A stretch of DNA of 64,000 nucleotides from Enterobacter phage EspM4VN, in the sequence record LC373201.2; one strand, given 5' to 3'. The notes beneath the pieces are model-generated. The model saw nothing but the letters and a program-made list of their open reading frames with translations. It had not been told where the DNA came from and did not search any database. The translations under genes were made by a program, and so were the position numbers. Below, one piece after another: positions 8,887-19,484 of this stretch. Position 1 is the stretch's first letter. Every line of letters starts with the position of its first letter.

Positions 8887-10314
8887 ATGATCCCCATCCT
8901 TGAAACAGTCCACCGACTTCGCGAAACCAAAGGCAGCAATGCGAAGAAAGCTGTGCTGACCGAAGCATTCAAGAACAACCCCGACTTGGCAGACTTCCTA
9001 CAGTATGTCTATGACCCAATGACGTCTTTCTATCGCACTGAGTTGAAGCTCAGCGCGTATCCTCGCATGCTCGTCCGTGAGAAGACTGATGACATCAGCG
9101 AAGTCTATGACGTCCTCGACCAGATGGCACAGCGCCTTGTCGGTGGTCAAAAGGCTGATGCCCTGCTGGCATCTGTCGCCCTGAAGATGGATCCCCAATA
9201 CCAAGAACTCATCCAGATGATCCTGGACCGTGATATCAAGGCGGGTATTGCCGAGAAGGGTATCAACGCTGCATTCAACGCCGCCGGAGGCACTGGTCGC
9301 CTGATCAACATCCTTCCATATCATCGTTATGACAACATGACGATTGATCTGCTGAAGAAGATGGACTTCAAGCGCGGCGTTTACAGCCAGCTGAAGTCAG
9401 ACGGCATGTTCGCCAACATCATCTGTCGTTACAACAAAGAACCTGAGATTCGCTCTCGCTCCGGTTCCCTTATCGCAGGCGGTTCGGTTGACAATCTGTC
9501 TCTAGTGTTCAAGGACATCATCTATGATACGGGGATTGGCGAAAGCGTATTCCATGGTGAACTGCTCGTTGTTGACCTCAAGTCGAATGCGATCCTGCCT
9601 CGTGCTGTCGGTAACGGCAAACTCAACAGCGTGATTCAGACTGGCGAACCCCTGGAAGATCGTTATCAGGTGATCTATCGGGTGTGGGATGTCGTGCCTT
9701 ATGAGAAGTGGTTCAACGCAGAGCGCGTAGACCTGCCGTATGAAACCCGCTTCGACATGATCATGCAAATGTTCTACGAAGAAGACGGCCTGGTTCAGGT
9801 TCAGGAAACCCGTGTTGTCCACTCATTTGCCGAAGCCGTCGACCACTTCAAAGACGCGCTGGCTCGCAAAGAAGAAGGCACGATCTGTAAGGCCGCTGAC
9901 ATGCCGTGGGAAGACGGGACTTCCTCCGAAGGTCTGAAGCTGAAGATGGAGGTTGAGTGTGACCTTGAAATCGTGGGCTTTAACGAGGCCGACAAGAAGG
10001 GAAAACACGCCAAGACCTTTGGCTCCCTGCTGTGTAAGACTTCCGACGGCCTGCTTGTTGTTGGCGTCTCAGGGATCTCAGATGAGCTGAGGCTCCGGAT
10101 GTGGGAGAACCAGGGCGACTACATTGGCAAGATTGCCGCAGTGCTTTCCAATGGCGTACAGGATAAGACGGATGATGCGCTGAAGTCATTGTTCCTGCCT
10201 CGCCTTGCAGAAGTCCGCATCGACAAGAAAGTGGCCAACACGCTGGATGAAGTCTACGCGATTCAGAAAGCGTACATCGAAAACATCGTATTCCTGCTGG
10301 AGTCCGCAGCATGA
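8887..10314 (+). CDS. 30: ATP-dependent DNA ligase (T4 gp30)
   Basis: Nucleotidyltransferase motif I KSDG (LKSDGMFANI), 475 aa, ligase-length. Confidence 0.9.
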   Translation: MIPILETVHRLRETKGSNAKKAVLTEAFKNNPDLADFLQYVYDPMTSFYRTELKLSAYPRMLVREKTDDISEVYDVLDQMAQRLVGGQKADALLASVALKMDPQYQELIQMILDRDIKAGIAEKGINAAFNAAGGTGRLINILPYHRYDNMTIDLLKKMDFKRGVYSQLKSDGMFANIICRYNKEPEIRSRSGSLIAGGSVDNLSLVFKDIIYDTGIGESVFHGELLVVDLKSNAILPRAVGNGKLNSVIQTGEPLEDRYQVIYRVWDVVPYEKWFNAERVDLPYETRFDMIMQMFYEEDGLVQVQETRVVHSFAEAVDHFKDALARKEEGTICKAADMPWEDGTSSEGLKLKMEVECDLEIVGFNEADKKGKHAKTFGSLLCKTSDGLLVVGVSGISDELRLRMWENQGDYIGKIAAVLSNGVQDKTDDALKSLFLPRLAEVRIDKKVANTLDEVYAIQKAYIENIVFLLESAA

Positions 10315-10535
10315 GCAAAGACAGCACTGAACTGAAATGGAGGGATCTTGCCCTCCAGTTCGACGGGCACCGCATGCAGGCTCTTTGTTTCCTGAAACAG
10401 ATCCTGAGCGAATTGCCAGAAACCGAGTTCACAGAAGCCCGTGAATTCCTGAAAGCAGGTCCGATCCCTGGGGAGGAAGTCCTCCGACAGCGTTTGGCCG
10501 ACATGGTATCCAAGCAGGAGAAGAGTAATGGGTGA
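10311..10535 (+). CDS. hypothetical small protein
   Basis: 74 aa, ATGA overlap with ligase stop. Confidence 0.3.
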   Translation: MSKDSTELKWRDLALQFDGHRMQALCFLKQILSELPETEFTEAREFLKAGPIPGEEVLRQRLADMVSKQEKSNG

Positions 10536-10773
10536 GTATATGAGTTTCTGGTGGGCGAAGTTCTTGGTTGAACTTCAGATATCCGGTATCGTGTTCCTGG
10601 TCCTCTTCTCGATCGCCATGATCCCAGTTGCCCGTTCGGCGTTCAAGCAATGGCGCTGCAAACACAGCACCTATCGTGAGAACCGTGCTTGCCATGCTAT
10701 CTGCACCCACTGCGGGAAGGATCTAGGGTTTGTCGGCACTGTCCGGAAGATGAAGAATCACAAAGAGGTGTGA
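10528..10773 (+). CDS. small membrane protein with C-terminal Cys cluster
   Basis: TM helix ISGIVFLVLFSIAMIPV; CKHSTYRENRACHAICTHCG. Confidence 0.35.
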   Translation: MGEYMSFWWAKFLVELQISGIVFLVLFSIAMIPVARSAFKQWRCKHSTYRENRACHAICTHCGKDLGFVGTVRKMKNHKEV

Positions 10774-10774
10774 T

Positions 10775-11032
10775 ATGGACGAGCTATTTGCATTGGTGTT
10801 TACATTAACGTTCTTGCTGTCCTTGGTTGTCAGCTCGCTGGTGATGGTGCTGGTGTGGATAGCTATTCCCGACATCAAGAACCACAGGGTTCTCATCGCC
10901 GTGATGATCCTCGGTCTGAGCGCTTCCCTTACTATTCACTATTCCAAGCAGGAGTATAATCCTGACAAACATTACAAGACATTAGCGGACAAATATCATG
11001 ATTTCAAAACTTCGAGAAGTCAAGGAAAATAA
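10775..11032 (+). CDS. small two-TM membrane protein
   Basis: Hydrophobic LVFTLTFLLSLVVSSLVMVLVWIAIP and LIAVMILGLSASLTI. Confidence 0.3.
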   Translation: MDELFALVFTLTFLLSLVVSSLVMVLVWIAIPDIKNHRVLIAVMILGLSASLTIHYSKQEYNPDKHYKTLADKYHDFKTSRSQGK

Positions 11033-11339
11033 TGACTCTCTGTTCCTATTGAAATTCTTGAAGATGATGGGGATGAACCAGAGCGCATTGACAAGGGCGT
11101 TGTCGTGCTCCAACGTAGTGAACCATTGGACAATGGGGTATCGCCAGATTCCTGTTTCCTTCAAGCGGTTCATGCTGGTGTTGCGGTTTATTCACGAACT
11201 GGATCTCATGCCCGAGTTGATGAAATACATCAAGCACCATGAATCTCAGGACTGGGGGTCTTCTGATATCAAGGACACCAACTGGCTGAAACTAAATGAT
11301 GTGGGCGCTGGAAGAAATAAGAGGAAGCACAAATGCTGA
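10998..11339 (+). CDS. hypothetical protein
   Basis: 113-aa ORF. Confidence 0.3.
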   Translation: MISKLREVKENNDSLFLLKFLKMMGMNQSALTRALSCSNVVNHWTMGYRQIPVSFKRFMLVLRFIHELDLMPELMKYIKHHESQDWGSSDIKDTNWLKLNDVGAGRNKRKHKC

Positions 11340-11992
11340 CAGAGTGGCAAAAGATGGAGTATGAACGGGCGTTCAACGTTTATTGTGTCTTCATGGCGAT
11401 CAAGTTGCACTTCACCACCAAGGACTTCGACTACAGCTTGTATGGACCGATGAACTACAAGTTCGAAACGTTCTTGGCGAAGGAAGCCGTGTGCAAACAG
11501 TTTGCTCGCCTTGCCCGTCGGTTCGAGTCATCACAGGGTGAAGTGGTAGAGAACTACATCATCGCCAACTTCATCAAGTCCCCGAAGGTCTGGGTGACTA
11601 CCCTGCTCACCAAGCAGGCTCAGTCCAATTATGATGAATATCGTAAGCTGTACGAGAACTTCACATACAACTTCCTTGAGGAGTTCGAGCGGGAGATGAT
11701 CCCTGTCATCAAAGAGCGGAACATGACGTTCATTGAATATGTGAAAGGAACGGGCGTCGGCCACCCTGCGCTGTTGACGGACATCATCACCAAGCGTTAC
11801 CCCATGTGGTTCTTGGTCGGGTTGAACAAGATTGTTGGATTCATTCATCTGTATGACACGGCGTTGAAGGATGACATCTACTGGAACTCAGAGGCGTTCT
11901 TGCTCAGGAAGACAAATGCTGTAGTGCCGGATGAGGATACAACGTATTCGAAAGGAAGACTCCGTGAGCTAATACAAGCCCACGGAATCTGA
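11333..11992 (+). CDS. 59: gp59-like helicase loader
   Basis: FNVYCVFMAIKLH and VENYIIANFIKSPKVW parallel T4 gp59 YKLYLMIKQH and LALIFISNLVANQDAW; similar length (219 vs 217 aa). Confidence 0.5.
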   Translation: MLTEWQKMEYERAFNVYCVFMAIKLHFTTKDFDYSLYGPMNYKFETFLAKEAVCKQFARLARRFESSQGEVVENYIIANFIKSPKVWVTTLLTKQAQSNYDEYRKLYENFTYNFLEEFEREMIPVIKERNMTFIEYVKGTGVGHPALLTDIITKRYPMWFLVGLNKIVGFIHLYDTALKDDIYWNSEAFLLRKTNAVVPDEDTTYSKGRLRELIQAHGI

Positions 11993-13944
11993 TCACCAAT
12001 CCCAGAGGATACGAGCCGAGTCGGTCTTGTTCTCTGGTTCGAGCGAAGAACTGTTGAAGTTGTTGGTTGTGTTGATCTTCTTGGAAGCGTCCACGTTCTG
12101 TTGTACGGGCATGACGACGCTGGCCGGAGGATTGGCATAACCACCCTGAACCTGCTCGATGTTAGACAGCGCCCTTCCCTGTGAAGGTAAAGCCCCGCCC
12201 AGAGTACCACCACCGATAGACCCATACGCATTCTTCAAACCAGCCGTGTTGTCATCAGTCACGTTCTTGTAATCAGAGGACACACCAGATGGCATCGGTG
12301 TAAGGGTCTGAGGATCGATATTCGGTTGTGGTGCCGTCTGTGGCTGTGAGGTCGCCGTCGTGTTCGGAGACGGATTCTCATCAGTACCAATCAGCATAGA
12401 CTGGCGAGCCTCATCCATCTTCTGCTTCGCCGCCGCGCCGCCAAGAGAGTCAGGGATGATGCTGACGAACTTGTCAACGATATCGAACATCGCGTTGGTG
12501 ATAGCGTTCAACATGTTGAAGAAAGGCTTCTTCACGTTGTCCGCAAATCCCTTCTTGATGTCGTCGATGACCTTGTTGGCCACACCCATACCCTCGTCGA
12601 TAACACCACTGATGCCACCTGTGATCCAGTCGACCAGCTTCATCAATTCCGACTGAAGGTTGTCTGCCAGCTTGCCAGGGATATCCGTAAGAGACGTCCC
12701 TCTCCCGATTCCTGCAAACAAGTCGTTACTAATCCAGTCTACAATACCATTCAGCCAGCGAGCAGGAGCCTCAGTGAGCATGAGGGTATATTTGCGCAGG
12801 GTTTCGCCAGCCTCTGTATCAAAGCCAAAGATCTTAGACACCCAGTCAAATAGGTCACCAAACCCGCCGACCAGTTCTGATATCCCCGCCCGTACCCGGT
12901 CAACGATTGTCACCGCGCCTTTACCCAAGATCTCCTTCGCGTTGATGAAGCCTTTACCAAAGTCCCAGATCATAGACAGCAGAGCCAATGGGCCGACTTT
13001 CAGGAACTTGAATACCTTGCCAAACGGACCAAGCAACTTGCTGATACCGTCACCCAGCTTGGAGAACATCCCGAGGAATGTGCCAACAACGCCGCCGATG
13101 ATCTTGAATGGCTTGAGCAGGAACCCTTCAGTGCGTTCAGGCCAAGCATGGCGGCCACCGCCGCGCCGATACCGGAAGAGTCGTCCTTCTGATCATCGTC
13201 TTTGGGGATAACAGAACGCGCCTGAGGATGGCCGCCCGTTTCTTTGTCGGTTTCCCCACGGCGCATCTCGTCCTTCTCACGCCACTTCTGGTCTTCATCG
13301 AAGATACGGGTTAACGCCCCGACAATGTGACCGCCGACACGCCCCAATTTATCTTCAATCTTGGAGAGGCGCACGAGGCTCTCATCAGAGTTCTTCTTGA
13401 CATCGGCAGTGTCATCACGGATCTCAATGAGTACCCCATCCATCATGTTCAGGAAGGAACCCATGCGCACCAGAGATAGACCTTGTTCATCCATGCGCTT
13501 CAGAGAGTCGTCGTTGGAGGCCTTCAACTGATCCGAAATCAGATTAAGATATTCCAAAGACGTGTCGTCGGCTGGCATGCGAGTGATGTCACCAAGGCGT
13601 TCAATCTTACCAGCGATGTTCTCCAGTTCACGATTGCCCTCAACATTGGTGTCAATGCTGTCTTTCATCCATACGCCGAAGTCGCGGGTGAAGATCGGAG
13701 ACATACGGGCAAAGCCCTGGACTATCTCTGTGACAGTCGGGAAGCGGATTTCAAAAGGCTTGGCATCAGCCTTTTGCTCTTGTTTAGAAGCCGACTCCAG
13801 CTTGGACAGATTTTTGTTCATCCGCTCGAGCTGTTTGTTGGTCTCGTTCTGTGCACGGAGTTGCTTGCGCTGCATCATCTCCGTCTTGATCTTGTCTAGA
13901 ACTTTGACCACATCGGATTGTGACTTCTCTGCCGGATCTGCCAT
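11993..13944 (-). CDS. 29: baseplate hub/tail tape-measure-like protein (gp29-like), reading frame interrupted about 13135-13145
   Basis: Two overlapping ORFs (13000..13944 and 11993..13069) read as one protein ...AAMLGLNALKG/FLLKPFKIIGGVVGTFLGMF... if one base is added or removed in aagggtt; Gly-rich hydrophobic core typical of tape-measure proteins; sits next to gp27. Confidence 0.45.
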
Positions 13945-13954
13945 GATTCACCTC

Positions 13955-15343
13955 TTAAACCTTCTGGGACTGCCCTTTTTCAATCGCGGTTGGGGTAGTG
14001 GTGGAAGCGGTTGTCTGATTAGTTTGTGGTGGTAACACCTGCTCCAGCATACTGTCCTTGGCGATCTCGGCAATGCACTGATAATCTTTTGTCAGGCGGG
14101 ATATCTTGTGACGTACCTTGGTCACGATATAGTGGCCTGTAGATAACTTACTTAACTCAGCCAGGTTTTCATTCTTCTTAGGACGGTTGGACTGGTCCTC
14201 GATATAGAATACCTTCCCAACATTGAGGCGGTTATCCCCGACCAGCAATACCCGCATGACAGTACTCGCCAGGCTGAAATTGATTACACGGCGAGCATAA
14301 TCAATCTGCTCCGCGCCGTCCGGCTGGGCTTCAATGTAACGGACGTTCTGTCGATCAAATTCATCGGAGAACATCGGGAATGGATCCAGGTGAGCCGTCT
14401 CTGCAAACCATTCAGTATAGACACGCTGCGTCGCAGTCGCAGTCTTGGTTTCGAAGTCATAGACGCGTTCATTCACCGCCAAGATATCACGGTAGTTGGC
14501 CATGTACTGGTCACGAGCCAGCTTCTTCTCTGCCTTGATGATAGTGCGCATGAAGCGCTCAGAGTTGAAGTTGTTGTCCTGCATGAGCGGGGCGTCCTGA
14601 GGATCACGGAACAATTTGTTCTGGTTCGCCAGTTCCTGCTTCTCTTCGGCTGTCAAAGACTGGTTGCCCTGGTTGAACAGAGTCGTCAGGCTCTTGAAAT
14701 GGTAGCCATCAAAGTCCTCGTAGAAGACGAATGGCATGAACAATTCGTCATAAGAACGACTCGCCATATAATCGATGGACCGAAGCACAGGCCAGAGAGG
14801 CGTTGCAAATCTCTCTTGGATACCATATGTCGGGTCGATGTCTTCGAACTTCGTACGGGATTCCAGCTGATTGAAGATCGTGGCCGCCATCTCTGAATAC
14901 GAACCACCGAGGCCGATAGAACAACGGATCATGCTGTCCTTGTACGCATCAGAGGTCACGAGGTGAAGCCAGAATGCCTTCTTGGACGAACTGTTGGATT
15001 CGTCAGCAACACGCCCGACACGGCTCACGCGCAGAGACAGCGTGGTGTAATCGGAAGCTGCTGGGGTCTTGAACGCAACAACCACTTCTTCGCCGCCGAG
15101 GATAGGCATCGTGTCAAGGATATCCCAGCCCTCTTTGATAAGGATGTTCGCAGTCAGGGATGGAGAAGCCTGCCCTTCAAGACCCAGATCCTGAAAGACG
15201 TTGAACTCCTCAAACAGCGCCGTCAGGTCATATGGCGTGGGTGTGCCGCCCTGTGGGGTGTGAGGAAGGATCGCCATGTACTTCAGGTCAAATGTTGTCG
15301 ACGGTGTTACGATACCGTCTTGGGTCTCTCTGTTTTCGATCAT
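13955..15343 (-). CDS. 27: baseplate hub subunit gp27-like
   Basis: CSIGLGGSYSEMAATIFNQL matches T4 gp27 [21 protein letters not shown]; size and position next to the gp29-like gene. Confidence 0.5.
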   Translation of the reverse strand: MIENRETQDGIVTPSTTFDLKYMAILPHTPQGGTPTPYDLTALFEEFNVFQDLGLEGQASPSLTANILIKEGWDILDTMPILGGEEVVVAFKTPAASDYTTLSLRVSRVGRVADESNSSSKKAFWLHLVTSDAYKDSMIRCSIGLGGSYSEMAATIFNQLESRTKFEDIDPTYGIQERFATPLWPVLRSIDYMASRSYDELFMPFVFYEDFDGYHFKSLTTLFNQGNQSLTAEEKQELANQNKLFRDPQDAPLMQDNNFNSERFMRTIIKAEKKLARDQYMANYRDILAVNERVYDFETKTATATQRVYTEWFAETAHLDPFPMFSDEFDRQNVRYIEAQPDGAEQIDYARRVINFSLASTVMRVLLVGDNRLNVGKVFYIEDQSNRPKKNENLAELSKLSTGHYIVTKVRHKISRLTKDYQCIAEIAKDSMLEQVLPPQTNQTTASTTTPTAIEKGQSQKV

Positions 15344-15894
15344 TTCGCCAACTCCTGCTCCAGCTGATTGACAAACGAAGACACATAATCTGGGTCGAGT
15401 ACTTGGATGTTCCGTTTGGCATCATTCTTGCTGATTGCGTCATCATGGTAAGATACTGCTGTCAGACCGTAGTTAGCAATGATGGACGGCTCGTCAAGGT
15501 CTAGACCGTATGCAAATTTGATCGCCCGAGCATCGGTCACGTTGTTGAACTGGTCGACGTAATAGGCTGTGTCCCACATACCGTCGATGCCATAGTCCGC
15601 AGTCAGTTCTTCAACAATGCGACGTTCCGGTTTCGGCCAGTCCTTATTGATATCCATGATGCCGTTTATCAGGCATGGTATCCAAAACAACTCGAAGGAT
15701 CCGTAGACGCGCTCTGCGAATGACCTTGGGGTTTCCCCCTCTTGGACAGAATAAGGCAGGAGAAGTCCTTCGATGTCCTTAATTTTCTGTAGGATCATCA
15801 CCCGTCGCGTTAAGTTTTGCAACAGGATGGTATCACTCTCCTGTACATCGATCAACTGGTGCCAGACGAGCGGGAATTTCTCAAAATATTTCAT
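15340..15894 (-). CDS. hypothetical protein in baseplate cluster (gp51/gp28 position)
   Basis: 184-aa ORF, start overlaps downstream gene. Confidence 0.3.
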   Translation of the reverse strand: MKYFEKFPLVWHQLIDVQESDTILLQNLTRRVMILQKIKDIEGLLLPYSVQEGETPRSFAERVYGSFELFWIPCLINGIMDINKDWPKPERRIVEELTADYGIDGMWDTAYYVDQFNNVTDARAIKFAYGLDLDEPSIIANYGLTAVSYHDDAISKNDAKRNIQVLDPDYVSSFVNQLEQELAK

Positions 15895-15905
15895 GGCATC
15901 CTCTC

Positions 15906-16873
15906 TTAGAAGCTATCGCCTTCGGTGTCAAAGCGCCCTTTATGCAGAGGCTCCAGTTCGATGAAGGTCATGTCAACCTGCGTGGACACGATTCCATCGT
16001 CCTTGTGAACAGAATATGAACTGTCCGGCGTTTCGTTCACAAACATGTTGGACAGCACACAGGTAGAGATGCGATGCAGCCACTGGTTGCGCTCTCCATT
16101 GACCATGAAGGTGATGTCGAATGTCGATGGGTGCAGATAGAAGGCACTGGAGTTCTTGTTGTATTTGTACTCTGGGTACATGTGCATCTTGAACAACCGG
16201 ATGATCTCACGGACCATCTTGGCTTCCTTCTGAGAGCGCGGCGTGAATTTGAAGGTGAACGGGATCTCACGGTTGCGAACCCCTGGAAGATCATCTCAAC
16301 ATAGGGGTTGGTCATCGTTCCCGTGAACAACTCAAGGGTGTCATGGGCGTTAATGGTTGGTAGGAATGGAATAGACTCCGATGCAGATTGGATAGCCTTG
16401 GTGGCAGCGAATCGCCCCATTTCCTTCCCGACGTTCAGTGCATCACCCAACTTGAACTGAGTCATATCCTGAGCGGCGCGGGAAAGGAATTGCGCCCCCA
16501 TACCAGCCAGACCCAGCTCGCTGCCGTTCCAGCCAACGCCATAGTTGGTTGTAATGGACTCTGGCATACACAGGACGATGGATTCGTTTGAACGAACGTG
16601 ACGCGCCCATGCATACTTGGTGATGGAACCGGACTTGGCTCCATAAACCACAGGAGTATTCCCCAGAGGGTTCTGGATTGGGTTCTCAACAGTCTGGGTG
16701 GCCGTGTCACCGTAAGATGAACCGGAGATGCGGTTGATGTTGAATAGGACATAGTGTCCGAGCGTTTTACCGCCCGTGACGTCCAAAGGATAGACCAGTT
16801 GCTTCTGAGCCTGGGACAATCCCTTCGTGTTCAGAACTTTGATCTTATCGATTGTCTTCTTGAAGTCGGCCAT
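15906..16873 (-). CDS. virion structural (baseplate/tail-tube-associated) protein, frame interrupted near 16245-16262
   Basis: ORFs 16037..16873 and 15906..16217 join as ...PYVEMIFQGF/NREIPFTFKFTPRSQKEAKMVREII... with a 1-nt indel in caggggttc; beta-rich sequence. Confidence 0.4.
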
Positions 16874-16923
16874 GGTCTCAGCCCTTAAATAGATAGAGTG
16901 TTATGGCTATTTAGGACTAAATT

Positions 16924-17538
16924 ATGAGCAACTATCTTCAGGGGAAGTACACCCCAGTCAATCCCAAGAAGTATCAGGGGAATGTGAACAACATCATCTT
17001 CCGCTCTTCGCTGGAGTTGGTGGCTTTCAAGTTCTGTGATATGAACTCCGCGATAGTGAAGTGGTCGTCTGAAGAGACTGTAATCCCATACGTGTCTCCA
17101 GTGGACGGGCGCACGCATCGTTACTTCATGGACCTCAAGGTCTGGACGCGCCGTGAAGGGCAAGAGGAACTGCAGGTCACCCTCATTGAGATCAAGCCCA
17201 AAGACCAGATCAAGCAGCCGAAGAAGACTCCGAACATGAAGGAGTCGACATTCAACAATGCGATGCGAACCTGGCTGGTCAATTCTGCCAAGTGGGAGGC
17301 TACCCGTGAACTGTGTGCCAAGAAGAACTGGAAGTTCATTATCTGGACTGAAGAGCATCTTGTTCCAGGCGAAGATCCTGATGTGCGCAAACAGTTTGAG
17401 CTGAAGTCGAAGAAGAAACGGGATATGGAGATGCAAGACCGCCGACATGCCGAACGCGTCAGGGTGCTGAAGGAACAGATGCGGAAGGAGATTAAACCCG
17501 CCCCAACGGAGCGGGATGATGGACTTCTATTGCCTTAA
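16924..17538 (+). CDS. 2: DNA end-protector protein gp2
   Basis: N-terminus GKYTPVNPKKYQGNVNNIIFRSSLELVAFKF nearly identical in pattern to T4 gp2 GKYTPKHPEKYVGDVNNIVYRSSWELEAFKF. Confidence 0.85.
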   Translation: MSNYLQGKYTPVNPKKYQGNVNNIIFRSSLELVAFKFCDMNSAIVKWSSEETVIPYVSPVDGRTHRYFMDLKVWTRREGQEELQVTLIEIKPKDQIKQPKKTPNMKESTFNNAMRTWLVNSAKWEATRELCAKKNWKFIIWTEEHLVPGEDPDVRKQFELKSKKKRDMEMQDRRHAERVRVLKEQMRKEIKPAPTERDDGLLLP

Positions 17539-17747
17539 CTTCTCTTGTGCCCAGGGGCGTAACAGGTATGCCTGTCGCGCCCGATTTGCCAACCATCAGC
17601 CCGAGCCTGTCTGGCACACTCACCCCAAGTCTCACCAGTGTATTGTTTGAACCCACACTTGGGATGATGCTCTTCCCAAGCCCAACTGCATGCTTTACAG
17701 TCTGAGCATTCACAATACAGGTCGATGGTGTAGCCTGAAGTGATCAT
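17535..17747 (-). CDS. small Cys-rich protein
   Basis: CECSDCKAC ... HHPKC ... C, 70 aa. Confidence 0.3.
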   Translation of the reverse strand: MITSGYTIDLYCECSDCKACSWAWEEHHPKCGFKQYTGETWGECARQARADGWQIGRDRHTCYAPGHKRS

Positions 17748-17749
17748 GA

Positions 17750-18157
17750 TCAGTCGTCCAGTTGATCGTAGATCTTCTGACGGAACGCATTACCGCCAGC
17801 ACAACCCGTGGCCAGCAGGCGAGTACCACCCGTGCCGATCACGCTGATGGTAGAGAAGCCCAGGATGCGGCCTGTGATGGACTGATCGACCTTCACTGTC
17901 TCTACCTTACCGATGCGCAGTTCGTCGGCATCACGACGGATGAACCCGCGCTTGACGATGACACGCTTGTTGGTCACAGCGAATTCAGTGGTCAACACGT
18001 TCAACACAGTCGGGATCAGGAACAGCAGACTGACGCCGAAGGTTGGCACAAACAGCAGAACAACCAACACATACATCCAGAAGCCGCTCCACCAAGTCGG
18101 GCGGGTGAAGGCAATAACTTGCTCGTCTTTGCCGAGCATACGATCTACATAACGCAT
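17750..18157 (-). CDS. membrane protein with bacterial PH (bPH/YdbT-like) domain
   Basis: Two N-terminal TM helices (WWSGFWMYVLVVLLFVPTFGVSLLFLIPTVL) followed by a FAVTNKRVIVKRGFIRRDADELRIGKVETV fold typical of DUF304/bPH_2. Confidence 0.45.
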   Translation of the reverse strand: MRYVDRMLGKDEQVIAFTRPTWWSGFWMYVLVVLLFVPTFGVSLLFLIPTVLNVLTTEFAVTNKRVIVKRGFIRRDADELRIGKVETVKVDQSITGRILGFSTISVIGTGGTRLLATGCAGGNAFRQKIYDQLDD

Positions 18158-18167
18158 GATAAATTCC

Positions 18168-18674
18168 TTACTTGTCAGGGTTCACTAAAACAGGGGTGGA
18201 TACTAGTTCGCCGTTCTTCACAGAATGCTGGACTACAGCAAACTGATCGACCATGCGATACACTTCAATCCCAGCAGCCAGCATCTCAATAATGCCGTCT
18301 GTGATCCGGTACGGTATATTGTAGATGACCTTCTTGATAGCGCAGCTTTTGATTATCAGCTGAGTGCAAACAGGGCATGGGCTGTGTGAGACGAACATCG
18401 TCAGATCAACGCGGTTGTCCAATGCTTCAGGGATGCGCATCAAAGCGTTCTCTTCTGCGTGGACAACCCCGACTGATACCAACTCACCGTCCACTTCTTG
18501 CTCACAGACATTAGGAGCGCCAGGAGCAGTCCCATTCCATCCGATGGCAACAGGTTGGTCGGTCTGTTCATCAACGATAACACAACCGACCTTCAGGCGC
18601 TGTGCATAGCTGGACAGAGCGTATGCATGAGCCGAGCGCATATGCGCAAACAACATACGGGGTTTGATAGCCAT
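18168..18674 (-). CDS. cd: dCMP deaminase
   Basis: Zinc-deaminase signature HAEENAL ... SPCPVC. Confidence 0.85.
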   Translation of the reverse strand: MAIKPRMLFAHMRSAHAYALSSYAQRLKVGCVIVDEQTDQPVAIGWNGTAPGAPNVCEQEVDGELVSVGVVHAEENALMRIPEALDNRVDLTMFVSHSPCPVCTQLIIKSCAIKKVIYNIPYRITDGIIEMLAAGIEVYRMVDQFAVVQHSVKNGELVSTPVLVNPDK

Positions 18675-18988
18675 TACAACACCAGTTTCTTTTCAAGGAG
18701 GAAGATCATGTCGTCCTGGTCTGCGCGACCGAAGATCTGACCCATAGCGACCATCTGATGAACTTCCCTGACAATGATTTCCTTGCCAGGAGTAACTTCA
18801 TCCAGGTCCATGATTGTGCTGACGCGATCTACCATGCGCGGCGGGTGATTGATGTAGCGCTGAAGATACTTCTCGCGAGTGGCGATCAGGTTGTTCAGCT
18901 CGGCGATTTCAGACTCTTCTTCTGAGAATCGCTTTTCCTTCGCCTGCAGTTCAGACAGGCGCTCGTACATATCTTTTAATGGGGTCAT
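18674..18988 (-). CDS. hypothetical protein
   Basis: 104 aa, AAGAGGAAC RBS, TTATTGAAGAAG motif plus hairpin upstream. Confidence 0.35.
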   Translation of the reverse strand: MTPLKDMYERLSELQAKEKRFSEEESEIAELNNLIATREKYLQRYINHPPRMVDRVSTIMDLDEVTPGKEIIVREVHQMVAMGQIFGRADQDDMIFLLEKKLVL

Positions 18989-19058
18989 TTCTGGTTCCTC
19001 TTAATAAACTAAGGGGAAGTATATACTCCCCCTTCTTCAATAACCGCTGAATCTTTAT

Positions 19059-19484
19059 TCAGAGGTATGACTTGCCGAGTTCGGTCAGACGGTAGAACGT
19101 CACCTCAGTGTTCGGCCAGTTTACGTACGAACCGTCATGAACCATTGAGCCTGCTGGTTCGATCAGCCCCTTGGCGAGCAGGGAAGCCCCGGTGCGGGTA
19201 TCCCAAGAGCTACCTTTCACAGGACGCCCCTCTTCTGCATGGACAGTCCAAACCATTTTCCCTTTATTATTGATCCAAGACTTCGGGTGAAAATACCGAG
19301 CCACCTTTGCGATGTCCTTATTACCGAATTCAAAATTCCGCATCCCGTAGAGAATGCGGAATTGGTGACCTGTGATGCGTGGCTTTTTCATAACAATACC
19401 CCTTTCAGAGCCAAAACAGAAAGCACACCGATAATCAACCATGTCGGGATAATCGGCTTGCAGTTCATGTGGGTTATTCCGCAT
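19059..19484 (-). CDS. hypothetical protein
   Basis: 141-aa ORF; an internal start near 19391 would avoid the overlap. Confidence 0.3.
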   Translation of the reverse strand: MRNNPHELQADYPDMVDYRCAFCFGSERGIVMKKPRITGHQFRILYGMRNFEFGNKDIAKVARYFHPKSWINNKGKMVWTVHAEEGRPVKGSSWDTRTGASLLAKGLIEPAGSMVHDGSYVNWPNTEVTFYRLTELGKSYL

